Assembly (NCBI GenBank): GCA_965655095.1
Contig: OZ296652.1
Location: 21,328,001 to 21,392,000 of the forward strand
DNA length: 64,000 bases
Direction: 5' to 3'
From: Haplodiscus bocki
Lineage: Eukaryota
Part shown: positions 52,001-64,000 of the stretch, in pieces
How positions within the stretch are numbered: position 1 is the first letter of the stretch
Layout: each line of letters starts with the position of its first letter
The notes under the pieces: generated by a model
What the model was told of the DNA's origin: nothing
The model's database searches: none
Seen by the model: the letters and a program-made list of their open reading frames with translations, nothing else
Translations under genes and position numbers: made by a program

Positions 52001-55000
52001 TTCCCTCAAAATTTTAGAAGTTGCGCAACTTGCTTTTTTCTCAAAACCAAATGTAAATTGTGAACAATGCAGTTTCTTCTGACAGTCCTCTTTTTCTTGT
52101 GTGAAGCAGTCTTTTATTTTAAGATCCTTCCATATACGGCAGAAAGAAATTAGTAACCCTTGGTAAAAATTTTTCGCGCTTATTTGTTTTTGATTACCAC
52201 AATCAGGTTGCTAAGATCTCTACGTTTACTTCCCATGAATTTACTAAACACCGTTCACTGGAACGCCTTCCCTGACTTAGAACGAACAAGTCAATCCAGA
52301 GGACTACGCTATACAGAAGAGAAGGAAGATTTAGGTAATATACATGACATACACCCAGTTGGGCGTTTCTACAGCACTAAATGACTCAACTTCTCCACGA
52401 GCTCCCAAGATCAACTGTCTCTGATTCTTTAGTCATCTCAAATTACTGCTGAAACATGAGTGTGCACTTTTCTTTGACAGCAAAGAGACCTTATCCAACA
52501 GTTGACTCCTCCTAAAAACGGAACTTGTTTTTGTGCCAGTTGAAGTCAATTTGTGTCACTCAGGCACTTTTCATTCTGGCAAACTTTACAGCCTGTATTG
52601 TGAGTCTGGACACCATTAGGTGGATAGGTAACAACACAGGACCTAATATTTCAAAATAATCTGTCCATGTCTAATATTTCAAACATATAGGTTGTTTATT
52701 GCTAGGTTGGATCCGCATCAGTTAGGATAATGCTCTCTTCTAAAAAACGTTTTTTTTTGTTTTCGAAGGAGACTTTTATATTCAGAGACAATGTCTGATT
52801 GCTTAAGTTTTTTGTTCGTAGTCATAAAAAGGAAAAAGTATGTAATTCGTTGGCTGAGTGTTTGCGAACACCAGATTAACCAAAGGCGAATTGAAATACG
52901 TCTTGCGGAAAATGTTTTCTGATGAAATTCTCGGCTTCCGTCCAGACATGCAACAGCTTGTCTTCTGGCCAAGGTTCGATTTTGTGGAACCAGTGTCACC
53001 GATATATTTGCTGCACCGTTTTATTGCTGTATGTATATAATTTTTGTAAAATATATCCGTATTTCGTGCTCGTGAATCAACTTGCAAATTTTTTTGCAAC
53101 TTGATTGGTCATCAAAAGTTCCATTTGCGGAAAAAGTCTACAGTTTCGGGCCATACTTGTAAAGCGAAGTAATGGCTTGTTTGGCTTTATCTCACCCAAT
53201 TCATTTTTGTTTGAAATCCGTTCCAGTAGACAACGTTGTTGAAAAAACCATTGCTACTGATATGTTACAAGCAAAATCATTTGATTTAATCCAAGTTAGT
53301 CACAAAGTTCGTTGTTCACTTCCACATATCACAATGGAAAACATCTACTTATTCAGCAGAATTGCCATGCAAATCATACTTGGAAATATTGTTCCTTATG
53401 TGATTGCCGTCGCTATGCACAACTTCTTGTGGAAAAGGATTGCTCCACTTGATTCCATCTCTCAGACAGCTTTTCGCTCTTTTAGGAGAACTTGTTCCCC
53501 TGGATGATTTTTGTCAGACAGCATGTCTTCACTAGAGATTTTAGAAGTTTCGCAACTTACTATTTTCTCAAAACCAAATGTAAATTGTGAACAATGCAGT
53601 TTTTTCTGACAGTCCTCTTATTCTCGTGTGAAGCAGTCCTTTCTTTCAAGGTCCTTCCATATACGGCAGAAAGAAATTAGTAACCCTTGGTAAAAATTTT
53701 TCGCGCTTATTTGTTTTTGATTACCACAATCAGGTTGCTAAGATCTCTACGTTTACTTCCCATGAATTTACTGAACACCGTTCACTGAAACGCTTTCCCT
53801 TTTTTAGAACGAACAAGTCAATCCAGAGGACTATGCTATACAAAAGAGAAGGAAGAGTTAAGTAATATACATGACATATGCCCAGTTGGGCATTACTACA
53901 GCACTAAGTGACTCAACCTCTCTACGAGCTCCGAAGATCAACTGTCTCTGATTCTTTAGTCATCTCAAATTACTGCTGAAACATGAGTGTGCGTTTTTCT
54001 TTGATAGCAATGAGACCTTATTCAACAGTTGACTCCTCCTAAAAACGGAAATTGTTTTCGTGCCAGTTGAAGTCAAGGTTGTGTCACTCAGGCACTTTTT
54101 ATTCTGGCAAACTTCACAGCTTGTATTGTGAGTCTGGACACCATTAGGTGGATAGGTAACAACACAGGACCTGATATTTCAAAATAATCTGTGCATGTCT
54201 AATATTTTAAACATATAGCTTGTTTACTGCTTGGTTTGATCCGCATCAGTTAGGATAATGCTCTCCTCTGAAAAACGTTTTTTTTTGTTTTCGAAGGAGA
54301 CTTTTATATTCAGAGACAATGTCTGATTGCTTAAGTTTTTTGTTCGTAGTCATAAAAAGGAAAAAGTATGTAATTCGTTGGCTGAGTGTTTGCGAACACC
54401 AGATTAACCAAAGGCGAATTGAAATACGTCTTGCGGAAAATGTTTTCTGAAGAAATTCTCGGCTTTCGTCCAGACATGCAACAGCTTGTCTTCTGGCCAA
54501 GGTTCGATTTTGTGGAACCAGTGTCACCGATATATTTGCTGCACCGTTTTATTGCTGTATGTTTATAATTTTTGTAAAGTATATCCGTATTTGGTGCTCG
54601 TGAATCAATTTGCAAATTTTTTTTGCAACTTGATTGGTCATCAAAAGTTCCATTTACGGAAAAAGTCTACAGTTTCGGGCCATACTTGTACAGCGAAGTA
54701 ATGGCCTGTTTGGCTTTATCTCACCCAATTCATTTTTGTTTGAAATCCGTTCCAGTAGACAACGCTGTTGAAAAAACCATTGCTACTGATATGTTACAAG
54801 GAAAATCATTTGATTTAATCCAAGTTAGTCACAAAGTTCGCTGTTCACTTCCACATATCACAATGAAAAACATCTACTTATTCGGCAGAATTGCCTTGCA
54901 AATCATTCTTGGAATTATTGTTCCTTATCCGATTGCCGTCACTATGCACAACTTCTTGGGGAAAAGGATTGCTCCGCTTGATTCCATTCCTCAGACAGCT

Positions 55001-58000
55001 GGTCGCTCTTTTAGGAGAACTTGTTCCCCTGGTTGATTTTTGTCAGACAGCATGTCTTCCCTCGAGATTTTAGAAGTTTCGCAACTTGCTTTTTTCTCAA
55101 AACCAAATGTAAAGTGTGAACAATGCAGTTTTTTCTGACAGTCTTCTTATTCTCGTGTGAACCAGTCCTTTCTTTCAAGGTCCTTCCATATACGGTAAAA
55201 AGGAAGTAGTAAACCTTGCTTAAAATTTTTCGCCCTTTTATTGTATCTGAGAACCACAGTCAAGTTGCTAACATCTCTACTTTTACTTCCCATGAACTTA
55301 GTAAACAACGTTCACTGGAACGCTTTCCCTTACTTAGAACGAACAAGTCAATCCAGATGAATATGCTTTACAAAAGAGAAGGAAGAGTTAAGTCATATAC
55401 ATGACATATGCCCAGTTGGGCCTTTCTACAGCACTAAATGACTAGACTTCTCTACGATCTCTCAAGATCAACTCTCTCTGATTCTTTGGTCATCTCAAAA
55501 TACTGCTGAAACATGAGTGTGCGTTTTTCTTTGATAGCAATGAGACCTTATCCAACAGTTGACTCCTCCTAAAAACGGAAATTGTTTTCGTGCCAGTTGA
55601 AGTCAAGGTTGTGACTCAGGCACTTTTTGCCCTGGTATATGTAACAGCCTGTATTGTCAGTCGAGACACCATCAGGTGCATCGGTAACAACACATGACCT
55701 AATATTTCAAATTAATCCGTGAATGTCTAATATTTTAACCATATAAGTTGTTCATTGCTATGTTTGTTCCGCATCAGTTAAGATAATGCTCTTTTTTCGG
55801 AAAATCTTTTTTTTTGTTTTCGAAGGAGACTTTTAAATTCAGAGACAATGTCTGATTGCTTAAGTTTTTTGTTCTTAGTCATAAAACGGAAAAAGTATGT
55901 AATTCGTTGGCTGAGTGTTTCCGAATACCAGATTAACCAAAGACGAATATAAATACGTCTTCCGGAATTGTTTTTTTGATAAAATTCTTGGTTTTCGTCC
56001 AGACATGGAACATATTTCCTTCTGGCCAAGGTTCGATTTTGTGGAACCAGTGTCACCGATATATTTGCTGCACCGTTTTATTGCTGTATGTTTATAATTT
56101 TTGTAAAGTATATCCGTATTTGGTGCTCGTGAATCAGCTTGCAAACTTTTTTGCAGCTTGATTGGTCACCAAAGTTCCATTTACGGAAAAAGTCTACAGT
56201 TTCGGGCCATACTTGTACAGCGAAGTAATGGCCTGTTTGGCTTTATCTCACCCAATTCATTTTTGTTTGAAATCCGTTCCAGTAGACAACGCTGTTGAAA
56301 AAAAACCATTGCCACTGATATGTTACAAGCAGAATCATTTTTTTAAATCCAAGTTAGTCACAAAGTTCGTTGTTCACTTCCACATATCACAATGAAAATT
56401 ATCTACTTATTCAGCAGAATTGCCTTGCAAATCATACTTGGAATTATTGTTCCTTATCCGATTGCCGTCACTATGCACAACTTTTTGGGGAAAAGGATTG
56501 CTCCGCTTGATTCCATTCCTCAGACAGCTCGTCGCTCTTTTAGGAGAACTTGTTCCCCTGGATGATTTTTGTCAAACAGCATGTCTTCCCTCGAGATTTT
56601 AGAAGTTTCGCAACTTCCTTTTTTCTCAAAACCAAATGTAGATTGTGAAGAATGCAGTTTTTTCTGACAGTCCTCTCATTCTCGTGTGAAGCAGTCCTTT
56701 CTTTTAAGGTCCTTCCATATACGGCAGAAAGAAAATAGTAACCCTTGCTACAAATTTTTCGCCCTTATTTGTTTTTGGTTACCACAGTCAAGTTGCTAAG
56801 ATCTCTACGTTTACTTCCCATGAATTTACTGAACACCGTTCACAGTAACGCTTTCCCTTACTTAGAACGCACAAGTCAATCCAGAGGACTATGCTACCAA
56901 AAGACAAGGAAGAGTAAAGGAATACACATGAAACATGCCCAGTTGGGCCTTTCTACAGCACTACAAGACTCAACTTCTCTACGAACTCCAAGATCACCTC
57001 TCTTTGATACTTTAGTCATCTCAAATTACTGCTGAAACAAGAGTGTGCACTTTTCTTTGATAATAAAGAGACCTTAGCCTACAGTTGACTCCTCCTAAAA
57101 ACAGAACTTGTTTTCGTGCCAGTTGAAGTCAAGTTTGTGACTCAGGCACTTTTTACCCTGGCAAATGTTACAACCTGTATTGTGAGTCTAGACACCATTA
57201 GGTGGATCGGTAACAACACATGACCTAATGTTTCAAATAATCTGTGCATGTCTAATTATTTTACCATATAGGTTGTTTTTTGCTAGGTTTGATCCGGATC
57301 AGTTGAGATAATGCTCTCTTCTGAAAATCATTTTTTTTTTGAAGGAGACTTTTAAATTCAGAGACAATGTCTGATTGCTTAGGTTTTTTGTTCGTAGTCA
57401 TAAATTGGAAAAAGTATGTAATTCGCTGGCTGAGTGTTTCTGAATACAGGATTAACGAAAGGCGACTATATATACGTCTTCCGGAAATTCCGGAAAATGT
57501 TTTTTTTTGGTAAAACTCTTGGTTTTCGTCCAGACATGGAACAGATTTTCTTCAGGTCATGGTTCAATTTTGTCAAACCAGTGTCACCGATATAATTGCT
57601 GCACAGTTTTCTTGCTGTGTGTTGATAAATTTTGTAAAATGTATCCGTATTTGGTGCTCTTGAATCAACTTGCAATTTCTTTTGCAACTTGATTGGTTAT
57701 CAAAAGTTCTATTTACGGAAAAATTCTACAATTTCAGGGAATAATTGTACTGCGAAGTAATGGCCTGTTTGGCTTTATTTCACCGAATTCATTTTTGTTT
57801 TGAAACCATTCCAGTAGACAACACTGTTTAAAAAAACATTGCTGCTTGTATGTTATAAGCAAAATCATTTTTTCAAATCCAAATTAGTCACAAAAATCGT
57901 TCTTCACTTCCACATATCATAATAAAAAACATCTACATGTTAGCAGAAATGCCTTGCAACCCTTACTTGGAAATATTGTTCTTTATCTGATTGCCGTCAT

Positions 58001-61000
58001 TATGCACTACTTCTTGGAGAAAAGGATTGCTCTACTTGATTTCATTTCTCAGACATCTTGTCGCCCCTTTAGGGAGAACTTGTAGCCCTGGATTATTTTC
58101 TCAGACAGCATGTCTTCCCTCAAAATTTTAGAAGTTGCGCAACTTGCTTTTTTCTCAAAACCAAATGTAAATTGTGAACAATGCAGTTTCTTCTGACAGT
58201 CCTCTTTTTCTTGTGTGAAGCAGTCTTTTCTTTTAAGGTCCTTGCATATCCGGCAGAAAGAAATTAGTATCCCTTGCTACATTTTTTTCGCCCTTATTTG
58301 TTTTTGATTACCACAATCAAAATGCTACGATCTCTACGTTTACTTCCCATGAATTTACTAAACACCGTTCACTGGAACGCCTTCCCTGACTTAGAACGAA
58401 CAAGTCAATCCAGAGGACTACGCTATACAGAAGAGAAGGAAGATTTAGGTAATATACATGACATACACCCAGTTGGGCGTTTCTACAGCACTAAATGACT
58501 CAACTTCTCCACGAGCTCCCAAGATCAACTGTCTCTGATTCTTTAGTCATCTCAAATTACTGCTGAAACATGAGTGTGCACTTTTCTTTGACAGCAAAGA
58601 GACCTTATCCAACAGTTGACTCCTCCTAAAAACGGAACTTGTTTTTGTGCCAGTTGAAGTCAATTTGTGTCACTCAGGCACTTTTCATTCTGGCAAACTT
58701 TACAGCCTGTATTGTGAGTCTGGACACCATTAGGTGGATAGGTAACAACACAGGACCTAATATTTCAAAATAATCTGTCCATGTCTAATATTTCAAACAT
58801 ATAGGTTGTTTATTGCTAGGTTGGATCCGCATCAGTTAGGATAATGCTCTCTTCTAAAAAACGTTTTTTTTTTGTTTTCGATGGAGACTTTTATATTCAG
58901 AGACAATGTCTGATTGCTTAAGTTTTTTGTTCGTAGTCATAAAAAGGAAAAAGTATGTAATTCGTTGGCTGAGTGTTTGCGAACACCAGATTAACCAAAG
59001 GCGAATTGAAATACGTCTTGCGGAAAATTTTTTCTGATGAAATTCTCGGCTTCCGTCCAGACATGCAACAGCTTGTCTTCTGGCCAAGGTTCGATTTTGT
59101 GGAACCAGTGTCACCGATATATTTGCTGCACCGTTTTATTGCTGTATGTTTATAATTTTTGTAAAGTATATCCGTATTTGGTGCTCGTGAATCAATTTGC
59201 AAATTTTTTTTGCAACTTGATTGGTCATCAAAAGTTCCATTTGCGGAAAAAGTCTACAGTTTCGGGCCATACTTGTAAAGCGAAGTAATGGCTTGTTTGG
59301 CTTTATCTCACCCAATTCATTTTTGTTTGAAATCCGTTCCAGTAGACAACGTTGTTGAAAAAACCATTGCTACTGATATGTTACAAGCAAAATCATTTGA
59401 TTTAATCCAAGTTAGTCACAAAGTTCGTTGTTCACTTCCACATATCACAATGGAAAACATCTACTTATTCAGCAGAATTGCCTTGCAAATCATACTTGGA
59501 AATATTGTTCCTTATGTGATTGCCGTCACTATGCACAACTTCTTGTGGAAAAGGATTGCTCCACTTGATTCCATCTCTCAGACAGCTTTTCGCTCTTTTA
59601 GGAGAACTTGTTCCCCTGGATGATTTTTGTCGGACAGCATGTCTTCCCTCGAGATTTTAGAAGTTTCGCAACTTGCTTTTTTCTCAAAACCAAGTATGTA
59701 TTGTGAACAATGCAGTTTCTTCTGACAGTCCTGTTATTCTTGTGTGAAGTCTTTTCTTTTAAGGACCTTCCATATACGGCAGAAAAAAATTATTAACCTT
59801 GCCACAATTTTTTCGCCCTTCTTTGTTTTTGAATATCACAGTCAAGTCGCTAAGATCTCTACATTTACTTCCCATGAACTTAGTAAACAACGTTCACTGG
59901 AACGCTTTCCCTTACTTAGAACGAACAAGTCAATCCAGATGAATATGCTTTACAAAAGAGAAGGAAGAGTTAAGTCATATACATGACATATGCCCAGTTG
60001 GGCCTTTCTACAGCACTAAATGACTAGACTTCTCTACGATCTCTCAAGATCAACTCTCTCTGATTCTTTGGTCATCTCAAATTACTGCTGAAACATGAGT
60101 GTGCGTTTTTCTTTGATAGCAATGAGACCTTATTCAACAGTTGACTCCTCCTAAAAACGGAAATTGTTTTCGTGCCAGTTGAAGTCAAGGTTGTGTCACT
60201 CAGGCACTTTTTATTCTGGCAAACTTCACAGCTTGTATTGTGAGTCTGGACACCATTAGGTGGATAGGTAACAACACAGGACCTGATATTTCAAAATAAT
60301 CTGTGCATGTCTAATATTTTAAACATATAGCTTGTTTACTGCTTGGTTTGATCCGCATCAGTTAGGATAATGCTCTCTTCTGAAAAACGTTTTTTTTTTT
60401 GTTTTCGAAGGAGACTTTTATATTCAGAGACAATGTCTGATTGCTTAAGTTTTTTGTTCGTAGTCATAAAAAGGAAAAAGTATGTAATTCGTTGGCTGAG
60501 TGTTTGCGAACACCAGATTAACCAAAGGCGAATTGAAATACGTCTTGCGGAAAATGTTTTCTGAAGAAATTCTCGGCTTTCGTCCAGACATGCAACAGCT
60601 TGTCTTCTGGCCAAGGTTCGATTTTGTGGAACCAGTGTCACCGATATATTTGCTGCACCGTTTTATTGCTGTATGTTTATAATTTTTGTAAAGTATATCC
60701 GTATTTGGTGCTCGTGAATCAATTTGCAAATTTTTTTTGCAACTTGATTGGTCATCAAAAGTTCCATTTACGGAAAAAGTCTACAGTTTCGGGCCATACT
60801 TGTACAGCGAAGTAATGGCCTGTTTGGCTTTATCTCACCCAATTCATTTTTGTTTGAAATCCGTTCCAGTAGACAACGCTGTTGAAAAAACCATTGCTAC
60901 TGATATGTTACAAGGAAAATCATTTGATTTAATCCAAGTTAGTCACAAAGTTCGCTGTTCACTTCCACATATCACAATGAAAAACATCTACTTAGTCGGC

Positions 61001-64000
61001 AGAATTGCCTTGCAAATCATTCTTGGAATTATTGTTCCTTATCCGATTGCCGTCACTATGCACAACTTCTTGGGGAAAAGGATTGCTCCGCTTGATTCCA
61101 TTCCTCAGACAGCTGGTCGCTCTTTTAGGAGAACTTGTTCCCCTGGATGATTTTTGTCAGACAGCATGTCTTCCCTCGAGATTTTAGAAGTTTCGCAACT
61201 TGCTTTTTTCTCAAAACCAAATGTAAAGTGTGAACAATGCAGTTTTTTCTGACAGTCTTCTTATTCTCGTGTGAACCAGTCCTTTCTTTCAAGGTCCTTC
61301 CATATACGGTAAAAAGGAAGTAGTAAACCTTGCTTAAAATTTTTCGCCCTTTTATTGTATCTGAGAACCACAGTCAAGTTGCTAACATCTCTACTTTTAC
61401 TTCCCATGAACTTAGTAAACAACGTTCACTGGAACGCTTTCCCTTACTTAGAACGAACAAGTCAATCCAGATGAATATGCTTTACAAAAGAGAAGGAAGA
61501 GTTAAGTCATATACATGACATATGCCCAGTTGGGCCTTTCTACAGCACTAAATGACTAGACTTCTCTACGATCTCTCAAGATCAACTCTCTCTGATTCTT
61601 TGGTCATCTCAAAATACTGCTGAAACATGAGTGTGCGTTTTTCTTTGATAGCAATGAGACCTTATCCAACAGTTGACTCCTCCTAAAAACGGAAATTGTT
61701 TTCGTGCCAGTTGAAGTCAAGGTTGTGACTCAGGCACTTTTTGCCCTGGTATATGTAACAGCCTGTATTGTCAGTCGAGACACCATCAGGTGCATCGGTA
61801 ACAACACATGACCTAATATTTCAAATTAATCCGTGAATGTCTAATATTTTAACCATATAAGTTGTTCATTGCTATGTTTGTTCCGCATCAGTTAAGATAA
61901 TGCTCTTTTTTCGGAAAATCTTTTTTTTTGTTTTCGAAGGAGACTTTTAAATTCAGAGACAATGTCTGATTGCTTAAGTTTTTTGTTCTTAGTCATAAAA
62001 CGGAAAAAGTATGTAATTCGTTGGCTGAGTGTTTCCGAATACCAGATTAACCAAAGACGAATATAAATACGTCTTCCGGAATTGTTTTTTTGATAAAATT
62101 CTTGGTTTTCGTCCAGACATGGAACATATTTCCTTCTGGCCAAGGTTCGATTTTGTCGAACCAGTGTCACCGATATATTTGCTGCACCGTTTTCTTGCTG
62201 TATGTTGATAAATTTTGTAAAATATATCCGTATTTGGTGCTCGTGAATCAGCTTGCAAACTTTTTTGCAGCTTGATTGGTCACCAAAGTTCCATTTACGG
62301 AAAAAGTCTAAAGTTTCAGGCCAGAAATGTACAGCAAAGAAAAGGCCTGTTTGGCCTTATTTCAGCCAAATCATTTTTGTCTGAAATCCGTTCCAGTAGA
62401 CAACGCTGTTGAAAAAAAACCATTGCCACTGATATGTTACAAGCAGAATCATTTTTTTAAATCCAAGTTAGTCACAAATTTCGTTGTTCACTTCCACATA
62501 TCACAATAAAAATTATCTACTTATTCAGCAGAATTGCCTTGCAAATCATACTTGGAATTATTGTTCCTTATCCGATTGCCGTCACTATGCACAACTTTTT
62601 GGGGAAAAGGATTGCTCCGCTTGATTCCATTCCTCAGACAGCTCGTCGCTCTTTTAGGAGAACTTGTTCCCCTGGATGATTTTTGTCAGACAGCATGTCT
62701 TCCCTCGAGATTTTAGAAGTTTCGCAACTTCCTTTTTTCTCAAAACCAAATGTAGATTGTGAAGAATGCAGTTTTTTCTGACAGTCCTCTCATTCTCGTG
62801 TGAAGCAGTCCTTTCTTTTAAGGTCCTTCCATATACGGCAGAAAGAAAATAGTAACCCTTGCTACAAATTTTTCGCCCTTATTTGTTTTTGGTTACCACA
62901 GTCAAGTTGCTAAGATCTCTACGTTTACTTCCCATGAATTTACTGAACACCGTTCACAGTAACGCTTTCCCTTACTTAGAACGCACAAGTCAATCCAGAG
63001 GACTATGCTACCAAAAGACAAGGAAGAGTAAAGGAATACACATGAAACATGCCCAGTTGGGCCTTTCTACAGCACTACAAGACTCAACTTCTCTACGAAC
63101 TCCAAGATCACCTCTCTTTGATACTTTAGTCATCTCAAATTACTGCTGAAACAAGAGTGTGCACTTTTCTTTGATAACAAAGAGACCTTAGCCTACAGTT
63201 GACTCCTCCTAAAAACAGAACTTGTTTTCGTGCCAGTTGAAGTCAAGTTTGTGACTCAGGCACTTTTTACCCTGGCAAATGTTACAACCTGTATTGTGAG
63301 TCTAGACACCATTAGGTGGATCGGTAACAACACATGACCTAATGTTTCAAATAATCTGTGCATGTCTAATTATTTTACCATATAGGTTGTTTTTTGCTAG
63401 GTTTGATCCGGATCAGTTGAGATAATGCTCTCTTCTGAAAATCATTTTTTTTTTGAAGGAGACTTGTAAATTCAGAGACAATGTCTGATTGCTTAGGTTT
63501 TTTGTTCGTAGTCATAAATTGGAAAAAGTATGTAATTCGCTGGCTGAGTGTTTCTGAATACAGGATTAACGAAAGGCGACTATATATACGTCTTCCGGAA
63601 ATTCCGGAAAATGTTTTTTTTTGGTTAAAACTCTTGGTTTTCGTCCAGACATGGAACAGATTTTCTTCAGGTCATGGTTCAATTTTGTCAAACCAGTGTC
63701 ACCGATTTAATTGCTGCACAGTTTTCTTGCTGTGTGTTGATAAATTTTGTAAAATGTATCCGTATTTGGTGCTCTTGAATCAACTTGCAATTTCTTTTGC
63801 AACTTGATTGGTTATCAAAAGTTCTATTTACGGAAAAATTCCACAATTTCAGGGAATAATTGTACTGCGAAGTAATGGCCTGTTTGGCTTTATTTCACCG
63901 AATTCATTTTTGTTTTGAAACCATTCCAGTAGACAACACTGTTTAAAAAAACATTGCTGCTTGTATGTTATAAGCAAAATCATTTTTTCAAATCCAAATT
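46040..64000 (+). repeat. Homogeneous domain 2 with higher-order repeats, order E-D-E-D-E-F-G-D-E'-F-G-D
   Basis: Dimer offset 3055-3060 (46603/49658/52718; 48292/51351). Tetramer offset 6114 (52160/58274, 54331/60445, 54623/60737, 55216/61330, 55778/61892, 56745/62859). Confidence 0.9.

Larger units (their letters stand above)
18262..64000 (+). repeat. Macrosatellite array: ~30 head-to-tail copies of a ~1.53 kb non-coding monomer, continuing past the window end
   Basis: Anchor (C)TCGTGAATCA or a variant recurs 31 times: ~18340, 19831, 21263, 22783, 24249, 25766, 27276, 28787, 30283, 31685, 33206, 34730, 36255, 37782, 39307, 40837, 42370, 43902, 45429, 46955, 48484, 50010, 51543, 53070, 54598, 56127, 57658, 59185, 60712, 62241, 63773. 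Confidence 0.98.

Noticed and set aside
18262-64000. Repeated 60-240 aa ORFs as a tandem multigene family
   Set aside because: They occur on both strands, change frame with homopolymer length, are not preserved between variant classes, often start at non-ATG codons and show no domain motifs.
18262-64000. 5S rDNA, snRNA, SL-RNA, tRNA or histone tandem cluster
   Set aside because: No recognisable 5S, U-snRNA, tRNA or histone sequence by eye. A donor-like AGGTAA in some edge monomers is AAGTAA in the core. An Infernal/Rfam scan would be needed to exclude a divergent ncRNA.
1-64000. Species assignment (the gag and polB peptides recall acoel flatworm repeat families)
   Set aside because: Unverified recollection; it needs a BLAST search, so it is not claimed.

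Overview
AT-rich eukaryotic, probably invertebrate, heterochromatin-like DNA with no convincing intact host gene. 1-2.1 kb: Ty3/Gypsy-type LTR retrotransposon debris (polypurine tract plus short LTR; a second ~1 kb LTR candidate with palindromes, three E2F sites and a TATA box; an interrupted gag-like ORF). 3.2-9.6 kb: decayed Polinton/Maverick-like material, including a frameshifted protein-primed DNA polymerase B on the minus strand and orphan ORFs. 11.3-16.7 kb: two diverged tandem copies of a ~2.83 kb unit, each carrying a ~630 bp module homologous, in inverted orientation, to part of the downstream array monomer. From ~18.26 kb to the window end: ~30 head-to-tail copies of a ~1.53 kb non-coding macrosatellite with layered organisation. 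The edge monomers are old and diverged with a relic trimer periodicity; from ~32 kb the core is homogeneous and forms two domains of higher-order repeats (A/B/C variants, then a D/E dimer giving way to a 6114-bp tetramer). A ~28-nt block is unusually conserved across monomers and both inverted copies, and several rearrangement breakpoints fall at one monomer position. Most ORF-track entries beyond 18 kb are chance ORFs copied with the repeat. All alignments were made by eye; family assignments rest on recalled motifs, not database searches.
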